A stretch of DNA of 43,674 nucleotides, taken from the IMG/VR virus record IMGVR_UViG_3300045988_068477, positions 1 through 43,674 of that record, one strand, 5' to 3'. Shown here one piece after another: positions 32,546 to 39,315 of the stretch. The notes under the pieces were generated by a model. That model searched no databases. It was not told where the DNA came from and saw only the letters and a list, made by a program, of their open reading frames with translations. Source of the stretch: a virus. The translations under genes were made by a program, and so were the position numbers. Position 1 is the first letter of the stretch; each line of letters opens with the position of its first letter.

Positions 32546-32968
32546 ATGGCTGAATATACGAATATTGGTCCTGTGACCGTAGCCGCTGGTCAGAATGTAC
32601 CGCTTACCGAAACTGCCGTATCTGGTGGCAGCTGTATCGTCCACCGGGAAGGAGCTGGTGTTGTAACCCTGAGAGGCCAGACCAACCAGTGTCGGGCGCG
32701 GTATAAAGTCAGCTTTGGTGGGAATATTGCAATCCCCACGGGAGGGACCGTGGCTCCGATCTCTATTGCTCTATCTGTGAGTGGAGAGCCGCTTGCCAGC
32801 GCAACAGCAATTGTAACCCCTGCTGCAGCAGAAGATTATTTTAATGTGTTCACAGCGGTCTTTATTGAAGTGCCGCGTGGCTGCTGCGTAACTGTGGCCG
32901 TGGAAAATACCAGCACTCAGGCGATTAATGTTGCAAATAGCAATCTGATCGCCGAACGTGTATGCTGA
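32546..32968 (+). CDS. small all-beta protein, possibly BclA-C/DUF3992-like jelly roll
   Basis: 140 aa with alternating beta pattern, conserved Cys residues (GGSC, NQC, RGCC, terminal C), and no TM segment. The family call is tentative. Confidence 0.6.
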   Translation: MAEYTNIGPVTVAAGQNVPLTETAVSGGSCIVHREGAGVVTLRGQTNQCRARYKVSFGGNIAIPTGGTVAPISIALSVSGEPLASATAIVTPAAAEDYFNVFTAVFIEVPRGCCVTVAVENTSTQAINVANSNLIAERVC

Positions 32969-32985
32969 TAGGAAGGAGTAATATA

Positions 32986-33423
32986 ATGAGCATGAGAGCC
33001 TTGGAAGACCTGCGTGAAATGCTTTGCGAGGAGCTTGACGAAATTGCAAAGAAACAGGAAATGAATGCAGGTGACTTAGAGACTGTACACAAGCTGACAG
33101 ATACTATTAAAAACATTGATAAAATTTATCTGCTGGAAGAGGACGGCGAGTATAGTCAGGCCGGAGACTGGGAGGCTGACATGCGCGGTACCTATGGCCG
33201 TGGCAGCTCTTACGCCAATCGAGGCAAACATTATGTGCGCGGCCATTATAGCCGTCGTGACGGGGATGATTATAGTCAACGCCGTGATGGTATGGGGCGA
33301 TACAGCCGTGGAGATGCAAAAGAGCACATGATTACGAAACTAGAAGAAATGGAGCGAACTACGAGCAATGAAAAAGAGCGCGAGGCTATCCGCCGCTGCA
33401 TTAGTCAGCTAGAAAACGCATAA
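32986..33423 (+). CDS. hypothetical protein (145 aa) with R/G/Y/D-rich centre
   Basis: AAGGAG SD. Helical ends flank a central stretch, GRGSSYANRGKHYVRGHYSRRDGDDYSQRRDGMGRYSRGD. Confidence 0.6.
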   Translation: MSMRALEDLREMLCEELDEIAKKQEMNAGDLETVHKLTDTIKNIDKIYLLEEDGEYSQAGDWEADMRGTYGRGSSYANRGKHYVRGHYSRRDGDDYSQRRDGMGRYSRGDAKEHMITKLEEMERTTSNEKEREAIRRCISQLENA

Positions 33424-33439
33424 TAAAGGGGGCGGCCAT

Positions 33440-33784
33440 ATGTTGGACGCCAAAGAAATTGATTTGGCAATTGCGGAATTGGAATATAAGGAGTCCAGTT
33501 ACCCTAATTACCAGAAATTGGCCAGTCTATATACCATCAGAAAGGAAATGCAGAACAAACCAAACGCCACTTTGCACGAGAGAGAATACTCCGGGACTGC
33601 AATGCCGGAAAAAATATCTGTACGAGCTTCTGCCGATGTGTATGGAGACAGTGATTTTTTGCAAGCCGTATCCGGAAAAGACCAACATGCAGCTTGGATC
33701 ATCATGGACGAATTGATGGACACACTCAAGGTTGTAAACCAGCGTGTCTATGACGGGGTTATGCGTAAAATTAGGGCACTTTGA
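33440..33784 (+). CDS. hypothetical protein (114 aa)
   Basis: Follows the previous gene by 16 nt. Contains a GDSDFLQAV...IMDELMDTLKVVNQRVYDGVMRKI motif. Confidence 0.6.
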   Translation: MLDAKEIDLAIAELEYKESSYPNYQKLASLYTIRKEMQNKPNATLHEREYSGTAMPEKISVRASADVYGDSDFLQAVSGKDQHAAWIIMDELMDTLKVVNQRVYDGVMRKIRAL

Positions 33785-33786
33785 AA

Positions 33787-33823
33787 TAGAGGCTCCCACA
33801 ACTTTTGGGAGCCTCTACTTTTT
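33787..33823 (+). terminator. intrinsic terminator ending the cargo block
   Basis: TAGAGGCTCCC pairs with GGGAGCCTCTA (11 bp), followed by CTTTTT. Confidence 0.85.
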
Positions 33824-33831
33824 GCACATAT
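33817..33831 (+). repeat. 15-bp direct repeat ACTTTTTGCACATAT, copy 1
   Basis: Identical to 34021..34035. The two copies bracket the AT-rich int-proximal region. Confidence 0.8.
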
Positions 33832-34020
33832 ATACTCAGAAAGTTACGTTATTGTTACTTATTTGCTACATAAAACCCGCAAACCATTGAAAATAAAGAG
33901 AAAATTTTTTATATCCATTACAATCCCATTAAATATTGCAACAATAAAAATAACTATTTAGTCCTACATACTCGAAATATCGAAATAAATATACTATTTT
34001 TTATAACATTTTTTGAATTT

Positions 34021-34035
34021 ACTTTTTGCACATAT
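34021..34035 (+). repeat. 15-bp direct repeat ACTTTTTGCACATAT, copy 2
   Basis: Identical to 33817..33831. It lies 22 nt from the 3' end of int. Confidence 0.8.
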
Positions 34036-34056
34036 TTACAAAACAAGTTACAAATT

Positions 34057-35088
34057 CTATTTCATCTTTAAGATTTCTTTTCTCAAAAAGGAAACATTTA
34101 TGTGAGTATAATGGTCTGTAACATCCTTGTCCGCATGTCCTAGAATTCGTTTCACTGCTATTTCATCCATTCCGGCCATTCTCATTCTGGACGCTGCGGT
34201 ATGTCGGCACCAATGCGGCGTAGCTTGTGGAGCACCCAATTCTTTTGCAATGGTTGAAAATAATTTTCGGTATGTGTCCGGACGAATTACATCTCCGTTA
34301 TCATTGCAAACAATAGCTTTCCCGTCTTGAAACATACGGTTTTCAAGATATGGTTTAATCTTTGGGTGGACTGGCACAATCCGATCTTTCCCCGCAGTTG
34401 TCTTAATGCCACCCTGTAAATAGTCTCCGTCTGCATGATAAGAGTATTTTGTTAATTCCAAAAATTCGGAGATTCGGAAACCGGTATAGCATAAAATAAG
34501 TACTGTATCAGCCCACGGAACCCCATCTTTTGCCATCCGCTCTAAAGCTATTAATTGCTGCTCGGAAAAAGCGTTTTTTTCTACCTTTGCCTCCATGCGA
34601 GGCAATTCAACATATTCGGAGTAGTCTTTCTTTATAAGATCACGTTTCATGGCATATTTACATAAAGCCCTCATTAAACTAAGGTCGTTATTGATAGAAG
34701 AGTTTGATAATTTCTTCCTCTCATCATCATCAATAATTCCCTGCAAATCATCTAATGTAATTTTACGTATCTCTTTGTATCCTAGGACGCTGATACGCCC
34801 CCACGATGCTTTATAGCTTGCAATGGATGCTTTTCCCGCTTTTTCATATTTTCTGGCGCTCCAGGAATCGTATACGTTTGCAAGAGTAATTCCGATATCC
34901 TGTGCTTTGCACCCAGAGCGCAAATATTCCTCTAAAGCGGCTTGTGCCTCTTTGGCCGTTCTGTGATAGGATAAATATTTTTGTTTCCAGAGGCCTGGCC
35001 TTTCTTGATAGGATATACGTATAGCATAACGATTTCTGCGATTCGGACCAAGATTTACAATACTTCCTGTTCCGTTGGCTCTTCTCAT
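34057..35088 (-). CDS. int: tyrosine site-specific integrase
   Basis: 343 aa. YTGFRISEFLEL (catalytic Arg region), HWCRHTAASR, LGHADKDVTDHYTH (H-x-x-R ... Y). Confidence 0.92.
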   Translation of the reverse strand: MRRANGTGSIVNLGPNRRNRYAIRISYQERPGLWKQKYLSYHRTAKEAQAALEEYLRSGCKAQDIGITLANVYDSWSARKYEKAGKASIASYKASWGRISVLGYKEIRKITLDDLQGIIDDDERKKLSNSSINNDLSLMRALCKYAMKRDLIKKDYSEYVELPRMEAKVEKNAFSEQQLIALERMAKDGVPWADTVLILCYTGFRISEFLELTKYSYHADGDYLQGGIKTTAGKDRIVPVHPKIKPYLENRMFQDGKAIVCNDNGDVIRPDTYRKLFSTIAKELGAPQATPHWCRHTAASRMRMAGMDEIAVKRILGHADKDVTDHYTHINVSFLRKEILKMK

Positions 35089-35108
35089 TGACTTTTCCCT
35101 CTATTCTG

Positions 35109-35152
35109 TTAAAATAAAGGGGTGATAACGGCAACCAAACCTTATCACCCCT
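35109..35152 (-). terminator. intrinsic terminator upstream of int
   Basis: AGGGGTGATAA pairs with TTATCACCCCT (11 bp). On the minus strand it is followed by TTTATTTTA. Confidence 0.65.
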
Positions 35153-35194
35153 ATGTGATCCGTCCCTGGTGTTGCATCCACTGGGGACGGTATT

Positions 35195-35542
35195 TTATTG
35201 CGCCTTTTTCAGTTCGGCGAGCTCCTGTGATAATGTACGGACAGCCAGCTTGAGAACGTCCATTTCGCTGCGCAGCTTTTCGAATTCGCTCTTCGGCGTG
35301 AGCGCATCCAAAATGTCCCTCTGGCCCTCAGCCAGAAGATTGAATTTTGTCTGTACCTCCGTATCCAGCAATAGTTTTATTCGTCTAGTGCTTTCATCTA
35401 GGATTTCCTGCTTCTGCTGGTCCAGCAAGTTCTTTGTATCAAACATAATATCCTGCTTCTGCTGGTCCAACTTCTGATCAATTCGGGTTTCCATTCCCTT
35501 CATCATTTCCGCGATTGCCTGTAAATCTTTTTCTTCTAACAT
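35195..35542 (-). CDS. hypothetical coiled-coil protein (115 aa)
   Basis: GGAGG lies 7 nt upstream of ATG 35542. Repeated DQQKQ(D/E)I heptad-like sequence. Confidence 0.65.
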   Translation of the reverse strand: MLEEKDLQAIAEMMKGMETRIDQKLDQQKQDIMFDTKNLLDQQKQEILDESTRRIKLLLDTEVQTKFNLLAEGQRDILDALTPKSEFEKLRSEMDVLKLAVRTLSQELAELKKAQ

Positions 35543-35666
35543 AAATAGTCCTCCGTCTATTTTCAATTTTCTACCAATATCAAGTAAAATGTCCGTTAGA
35601 AAGGACTTTTCAAAAAACTATCATGTAGAAAAACGACTTCATATTTTGATGGTTTTGTCCATTGAA

Positions 35667-35690
35667 AATATAGAACAAAAGTTCTATATT
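35667..35690. repeat. inverted repeat AATATAGAAC-AAAA-GTTCTATATT
   Basis: Perfect 10-bp arms lie 27 nt downstream of the 35717 gene stop. It could be an AT-rich terminator or an operator. Confidence 0.45.
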
Positions 35691-35716
35691 GTAATCGTAA
35701 GACATATTTTTTGATT

Positions 35717-36121
35717 TCAACCTCTAATAAGTCCAATAGCTGGATTTAAGAGATCCATAATTATTGCATAGCCTAAAAGAATGCCGCACAAGACAAACAA
35801 AACGATAATTACCTTATTTCTATGTAGAATTCCTTTTTGCAGAAGGGAATATTTTTCTTGTGCATGCTTTAATCGAATTTCTAAGATGCCTTCATCGTCA
35901 ACCAACCGTTTATCTGATTTGATTCCAAAATAGCTATCTAGGGATACCCCCAGGGCCGCACAAATCGGACCAACTGTATAGACGGACGGGGCCTTAGATG
36001 ATTCTGAAAAGTAGTTGTTAACAGTAGACGAAGATAAATTTGCTCTATCTGCTATGTTTTGATTTGTTAAGTTTAAAGAGTCTTTTTTTTCCTTACACAA
36101 ATCTTTAATTAATACCTCCAT
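35717..36121 (-). CDS. membrane-anchored XRE-family HTH regulator
   Basis: N-terminal HTH (LTNQNIADRANLSSSTVNNYFSE) plus a C-terminal TM helix (VIIVLFVLCGILLGYAIIM). Confidence 0.75.
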   Translation of the reverse strand: MEVLIKDLCKEKKDSLNLTNQNIADRANLSSSTVNNYFSESSKAPSVYTVGPICAALGVSLDSYFGIKSDKRLVDDEGILEIRLKHAQEKYSLLQKGILHRNKVIIVLFVLCGILLGYAIIMDLLNPAIGLIRG

Positions 36122-36146
36122 TTTGGGCCTCCAATAAGCAGATTCT

Positions 36147-36219
36147 AAGGTTTGGTTTTAAAATTATAAGGTTTGGGTAGCTGCATTACAAACTTTGGCA
36201 TTGAAATAACAAGGTTTGA
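36147..36219. repeat. three phased direct repeats AAGGTTTG(G/A)
   Basis: Copies at 36147-36155, 36168-36176 and 36211-36219, spaced 21 and 43 bp apart. They overlap both divergent promoters. Confidence 0.65.
36163..36191 (-). promoter_or_regulatory. promoter TTGTAA-17-TATAAT for the XRE-TM gene
   Basis: Minus-strand reading is TTGTAAtgcagctacccaaacctTATAAT. Confidence 0.6.
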
Positions 36220-36223
36220 TTAT
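36195..36223 (+). promoter_or_regulatory. candidate divergent promoter TTGGCA-17-GATTAT
   Basis: The spacer contains the third AAGGTTTG repeat. Confidence 0.35.
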
Positions 36224-36229
36224 AGACGC

Positions 36230-36340
36230 AGCACCTTTCAATCTGCTAGGATAGACTCATAGCAGATCGGTCTGTAAAGTTGTTGGTCTGCTATAAGGCC
36301 CCGTCACCTGTCGCATAGGCGGCGGGGCCACTTTTTTATT
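36230..36340 (+). ncRNA. candidate ~110-nt sRNA
   Basis: Lies between the candidate plus promoter and a plus-oriented terminator. It has an 8-bp hairpin ATCTGCTA/TAGCAGAT and no ORF with an SD. Confidence 0.3.
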
Positions 36341-36345
36341 TATTT
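36297..36345 (+). terminator. plus-oriented intrinsic terminator in a minus-strand gene block
   Basis: GGCCCCG (36297-36303) pairs with CGGGGCC (36323-36329), followed by ACTTTTTTATTTATTTTT on the plus strand only. Confidence 0.55.
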
Positions 36346-36957
36346 TTCATATTCAAATATGATGTCTTTTCCGCTCCAAAAATCTGGAGTAAATCTAATT
36401 TCCACTTTGTTCCAATCATCTGGAACCTCATAACCAACCACGCCAGTCATTTTTCGTCCGGCTGCTACGCTACCATCCAGCTGAGACTTATTGCTGGTTG
36501 TCATGGCACCTATACTGATATTTGTGCTATAGTCGTCAAAATATGCCGAAAATGACATCAAAGAACTGACCGCTATTTCTGAATCTGATTGATTGTCAAT
36601 GTCAAATTCTAGTACAACAAATACATTCCCTGAATTTGGCTTTAAGAATTGATTCCCTCCATCTTCATTAACACTCAAAAGCGTTACATTTACTCCATTG
36701 AGAGATACAACGTCCCCAACATGAAATACATCTTCTTGATTGCTACTGGTTTCTGTAGGGGTTGGTGCATTAGACACTGTCCCGATTTTTTGTGGATCAT
36801 CAGAATCCCCTGCTATAGCCCCAAATACACCTATTAGTGCAAGAATCAAAATTAGAGCAACTACAATATGTACCTTTTTGCGCTGCTTTGCACCGCAAGA
36901 AGGACATACTTTTGCAGTTCTTGCAATATCAGCTCCGCAGGTCTTACATTTTATCAT
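36340..36957 (-). CDS. zinc-ribbon + TM + DUF4352-domain protein
   Basis: CKTCGADIARTAKVCPSCGA, a TM helix (VVALILILALIGVFGAIAG), then a DUF4352-like beta domain. The start is ATG 36957 or ATG 36981. Confidence 0.75.
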   Translation of the reverse strand: MIKCKTCGADIARTAKVCPSCGAKQRKKVHIVVALILILALIGVFGAIAGDSDDPQKIGTVSNAPTPTETSSNQEDVFHVGDVVSLNGVNVTLLSVNEDGGNQFLKPNSGNVFVVLEFDIDNQSDSEIAVSSLMSFSAYFDDYSTNISIGAMTTSNKSQLDGSVAAGRKMTGVVGYEVPDDWNKVEIRFTPDFWSGKDIIFEYEK

Positions 36958-37046
36958 CTTTGCCAATTTACATCTCTCCACTCTCTATAAATTCCGCGTC
37001 GACGGGTTAGATAACTAAATAGATTTTAAATAAAGGGGGACGCAAT

Positions 37047-37184
37047 ATGACGCCGAAAAAAGAAAGAACAATCAAAGAAGTTGTGCCCGATGATCCGATC
37101 TATCAAAAGTACATGATGCTGACTGACGAAAACAAAGAAATTATTCTTCGCTTGATTGAGCGGCTAGAAGCTGATCAATCATAG
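37047..37184 (+). CDS. small ORF (45 aa) resembling the repressor C-terminal tail
   Basis: AAGGGGGA SD. Translation is MTPKKERTIKEVVPDDPIYQKYMMLTDENKEIILRLIERLEADQS. It overlaps the 3' end of 37141..37533 by 44 nt, convergently. Confidence 0.45.
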   Translation: MTPKKERTIKEVVPDDPIYQKYMMLTDENKEIILRLIERLEADQS

Positions 37185-37533
37185 TCTCTATAATTGCTTT
37201 GTTTGCTGCGCTTAATTTTTCAAAATTTGGAATCTTTCCGCTCCCCGGATGGGGAGCGGTTTCTTTTTGTTCTGGTATCTGGCTCTCAATCAGCCCCCTC
37301 ACCAGCTCTATATCCTCCGGCTCCACCAAAATCTCTTCCGGCGTTACCTGGAGGATGCCGCACATCCGGGCTGCTTCTTCGGGGGAGGGGAGGTTGCGAC
37401 CCCTTTTTACCTCGCTGATCCAATTTTTGTGCTTTCCAACCATTTCAGCCAAATCTACGGCTTTCCAGTGCTTTCCCCTTGCGAATCGAAGACACGAGTC
37501 TACGTCAATTTTTACTACCTTACGCTTTGACAT
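37141..37533 (-). CDS. CI-like XRE-family repressor
   Basis: HTH (KAVDLAEMVGKHKNWISEVKRGRNLPSPEEAARMCGIL). It lies in the lysogeny block, opposite the Cro-like gene. Confidence 0.75.
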   Translation of the reverse strand: MSKRKVVKIDVDSCLRFARGKHWKAVDLAEMVGKHKNWISEVKRGRNLPSPEEAARMCGILQVTPEEILVEPEDIELVRGLIESQIPEQKETAPHPGSGKIPNFEKLSAANKAIIETMIDQLLAAQSSEE

Positions 37534-37548
37534 AAGCCCTCCTTGTAA

Positions 37549-38304
37549 TTAAGGATTATCCTGAGACATTTTTTCAATGCTCAGACAATCCCATAAAACG
37601 ACATTTAATTCTTTGGCCAAAGTTTTGGCCGCCCGAGTAAACACATTGTTTGTTGCCACTATGGCAACATGAGCATCATAGTGTGTTTTAGCAGCATAAA
37701 TTTGCTGAACAGCTTCGATTCCTACCATAGAAGAATAATATTTGCATTGCACAACGTATTTTATGCCATCCTTTTGCGCCAGTACATCTGCGCCAAAATC
37801 TTGGCTTTTCTTTGTCACTTCTATTTGCTGGAATCCTTTCTGCTTCATCATTTTTGCTATATATTCTTCAAACTCATAACCGTCTATAGTTAGATTGTGA
37901 TTTCTAAACCTTTCCACATCTTCGAGTATTTCGTTAAATGCGGATTCTTCTTTTTTGTCTACGCGCTTGAACCAGTCAATAATAGTACATTCTGTTTTTC
38001 GCATGGCCTTTTCGTATTGTTTCAAACCTTCTATATATTTTTCGATTTTTTCTTTTTCTTCTAAACAATCTTTAAGTACGCGGTTCTTAATGGATTTCTC
38101 CATCTGATTAATTTGTTCTTCTCGCTCATTCAGCCTAGTTTCTCGTTCTTTTAGTTCTTGTTGATAATCCCTCAACATTATCCGATATTCGCGGCTTTTG
38201 TTTAACCTAGATAACAAAATTTTTTCCGTTTCCGTAAATTGGCTTTCCTTTTCTGCGTATTTGCTTTGAATACGATCCTCTATCATTTTGTCCAACAAAT
38301 TCAT
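37549..38304 (-). CDS. coiled-coil + Mrr-type restriction endonuclease domain protein
   Basis: The C-terminus FEEYIAKMMKQKGFQQIEVTKKSQDFGADVLAQKDGIKYVVQCKYY...AIVATNNVFTRAA fits the Mrr_cat (D...QCK) pattern. The N-terminal 130 aa are E/K-rich coiled coil. Confidence 0.75.
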   Translation of the reverse strand: MNLLDKMIEDRIQSKYAEKESQFTETEKILLSRLNKSREYRIMLRDYQQELKERETRLNEREEQINQMEKSIKNRVLKDCLEEKEKIEKYIEGLKQYEKAMRKTECTIIDWFKRVDKKEESAFNEILEDVERFRNHNLTIDGYEFEEYIAKMMKQKGFQQIEVTKKSQDFGADVLAQKDGIKYVVQCKYYSSMVGIEAVQQIYAAKTHYDAHVAIVATNNVFTRAAKTLAKELNVVLWDCLSIEKMSQDNP

Positions 38305-38378
38305 CGCAATTCACCTCTACGCCAAAAAGGAACCAAAGATTTTGTGCATTAAGACAAGATAAAAAATGGCTATTTAGA

Positions 38379-38407
38379 TTGACAACGAGAAAAAATACGG
38401 CTATAAT
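38379..38407 (+). promoter_or_regulatory. perfect sigma70-type promoter TTGACA-17-TATAAT (early rightward)
   Basis: The sequence reads TTGACAacgagaaaaaatacggcTATAAT. The -35 overlaps a minus-strand TTGTCA-17-TTATCT candidate at 38357-38385. Confidence 0.75.
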
Positions 38408-38562
38408 ACATTCATAAGCTTTGCAGAGGCAACAACAAACCAAGCCCATCACATAAGATTGGCCGATGGACAAATATAGCCGATATTTTGTTGGTTGGCA
38501 CTTACATAATAACGGCTTTTGGTTGCGTTGTCAATAACAGGTTTATAGGAAGGGGTGAAAAA

Positions 38563-38769
38563 ATGCGAACTTTAAAAGAACTTCGTGAATCCACAGGCAT
38601 GACACAGCACGATGTAGCAAGAAAGCTCGATGTTACGGACGTAGCGGTCAGCCGATGGGAGTGCGGACGGTCTAATCCGCTGTTCAAGTATCGGGAACGC
38701 TTGGCGGCTCTCTACGGCGTTCCCTTGAACATCGTGAATGAGCTCCTTACAGAAGATTGTAACAAATAA
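38563..38769 (+). CDS. Cro-like XRE-family HTH protein
   Basis: AGGAAGGGG SD. MRTLKELRESTGMTQHDVARKLDVTDVAVSRWECGRSNP. Confidence 0.8.
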   Translation: MRTLKELRESTGMTQHDVARKLDVTDVAVSRWECGRSNPLFKYRERLAALYGVPLNIVNELLTEDCNK

Positions 38770-38904
38770 GCACTCCTTTATATTGCGGGATATTCGAACA
38801 GTTGCAGAGATAAGCCCGCAAGGAAACGCAAAAAGAAAGAGAGCACCAACGGAGAAGAAGAAGCCCGCCCCTGACGGGGCGGGAGTGAAGGAAGGGTGAG
38901 CGGA

Positions 38905-39060
38905 GTGGAAATTCTCCCGATTGTTTCGATTGCTCTAGCGTCTTTTTCGGCTGGGTTCAGTCTTTGCAATTTTATTTATTTGCTATCCCAATTTAAGCGC
39001 AGTTACGGCGATTACAAGGCTGGCAATCGCAACGAGCAGAGCGAGAATAGCAACGGTTAA
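38905..39060 (+). CDS. possible small membrane peptide (51 aa)
   Basis: GTG 38905 sits 8 nt after GAAGGAAGGG. It has a hydrophobic N-terminus (EILPIVSIALASFSAGFSLCNFIYLL) and a polar tail. It is antisense-overlapped by 38983..39186, so it may be a shadow ORF. Confidence 0.3.
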   Translation: MEILPIVSIALASFSAGFSLCNFIYLLSQFKRSYGDYKAGNRNEQSENSNG

Positions 39061-39186
39061 ATTCATTACATCAAAACGGTGATCTCTGAAGTACGCGGCC
39101 CGCCGCTCTTTCCTTCTCTTTGCGTTTTGTGGAGAGCGTGGGTCATATTTCTCGGTGTACTTCTTAATTTTGGGATTGTCGGCCAT
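38983..39186 (-). CDS. small tail-anchored membrane protein (67 aa)
   Basis: AAGGGGGAA SD. It has a basic N-terminus (KRRKERRAAYFRDHR) and a C-terminal TM helix (LTVAILALLVAIASLVIAVTAL). It is on the minus strand within the rightward early region. Confidence 0.6.
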   Translation of the reverse strand: MADNPKIKKYTEKYDPRSPQNAKRRKERRAAYFRDHRFDVMNLTVAILALLVAIASLVIAVTALKLG

Positions 39187-39209
39187 ATTTTATTCCCCCT
39201 TTTCTCATC

Positions 39210-39238
39210 AGTATACCACGGCAGGAAAGGGGTCACAA
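39210..39238 (-). promoter_or_regulatory. promoter TTGTGA-17-TATACT for 38983..39186
   Basis: Minus-strand reading is TTGTGAcccctttcctgccgtggTATACT. Confidence 0.55.
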
Positions 39239-39239
39239 C

Positions 39240-39309
39240 AAAAAGCGCCCCGGCCAGTGCACCCCCACCGACCAGGGCATGACACCACGTAAGCACGCTA
39301 CGAGGTATC
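39240..39309 (-). ncRNA. candidate ~70-nt sRNA
   Basis: Lies between the upstream TTGCCA-17-TATACT promoter and a minus-specific terminator: CCCTGGTCGG/CTGGCCGGGG (three G.U pairs) followed by CGCTTTTT. It has an additional hairpin, ACCTCGTA/TACGTGGT. Confidence 0.35.
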
Positions 39310-39315
39310 GGAGAC

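Noticed and set aside
38778-38969. 63-aa minus-strand ORF downstream of the Cro-like gene.
   Set aside because: It has no SD, and its low-complexity S/L/P-rich translation spans the 38864-38883 hairpin. The region is better treated as the 3' UTR and terminator region of the 38983..39186 unit.
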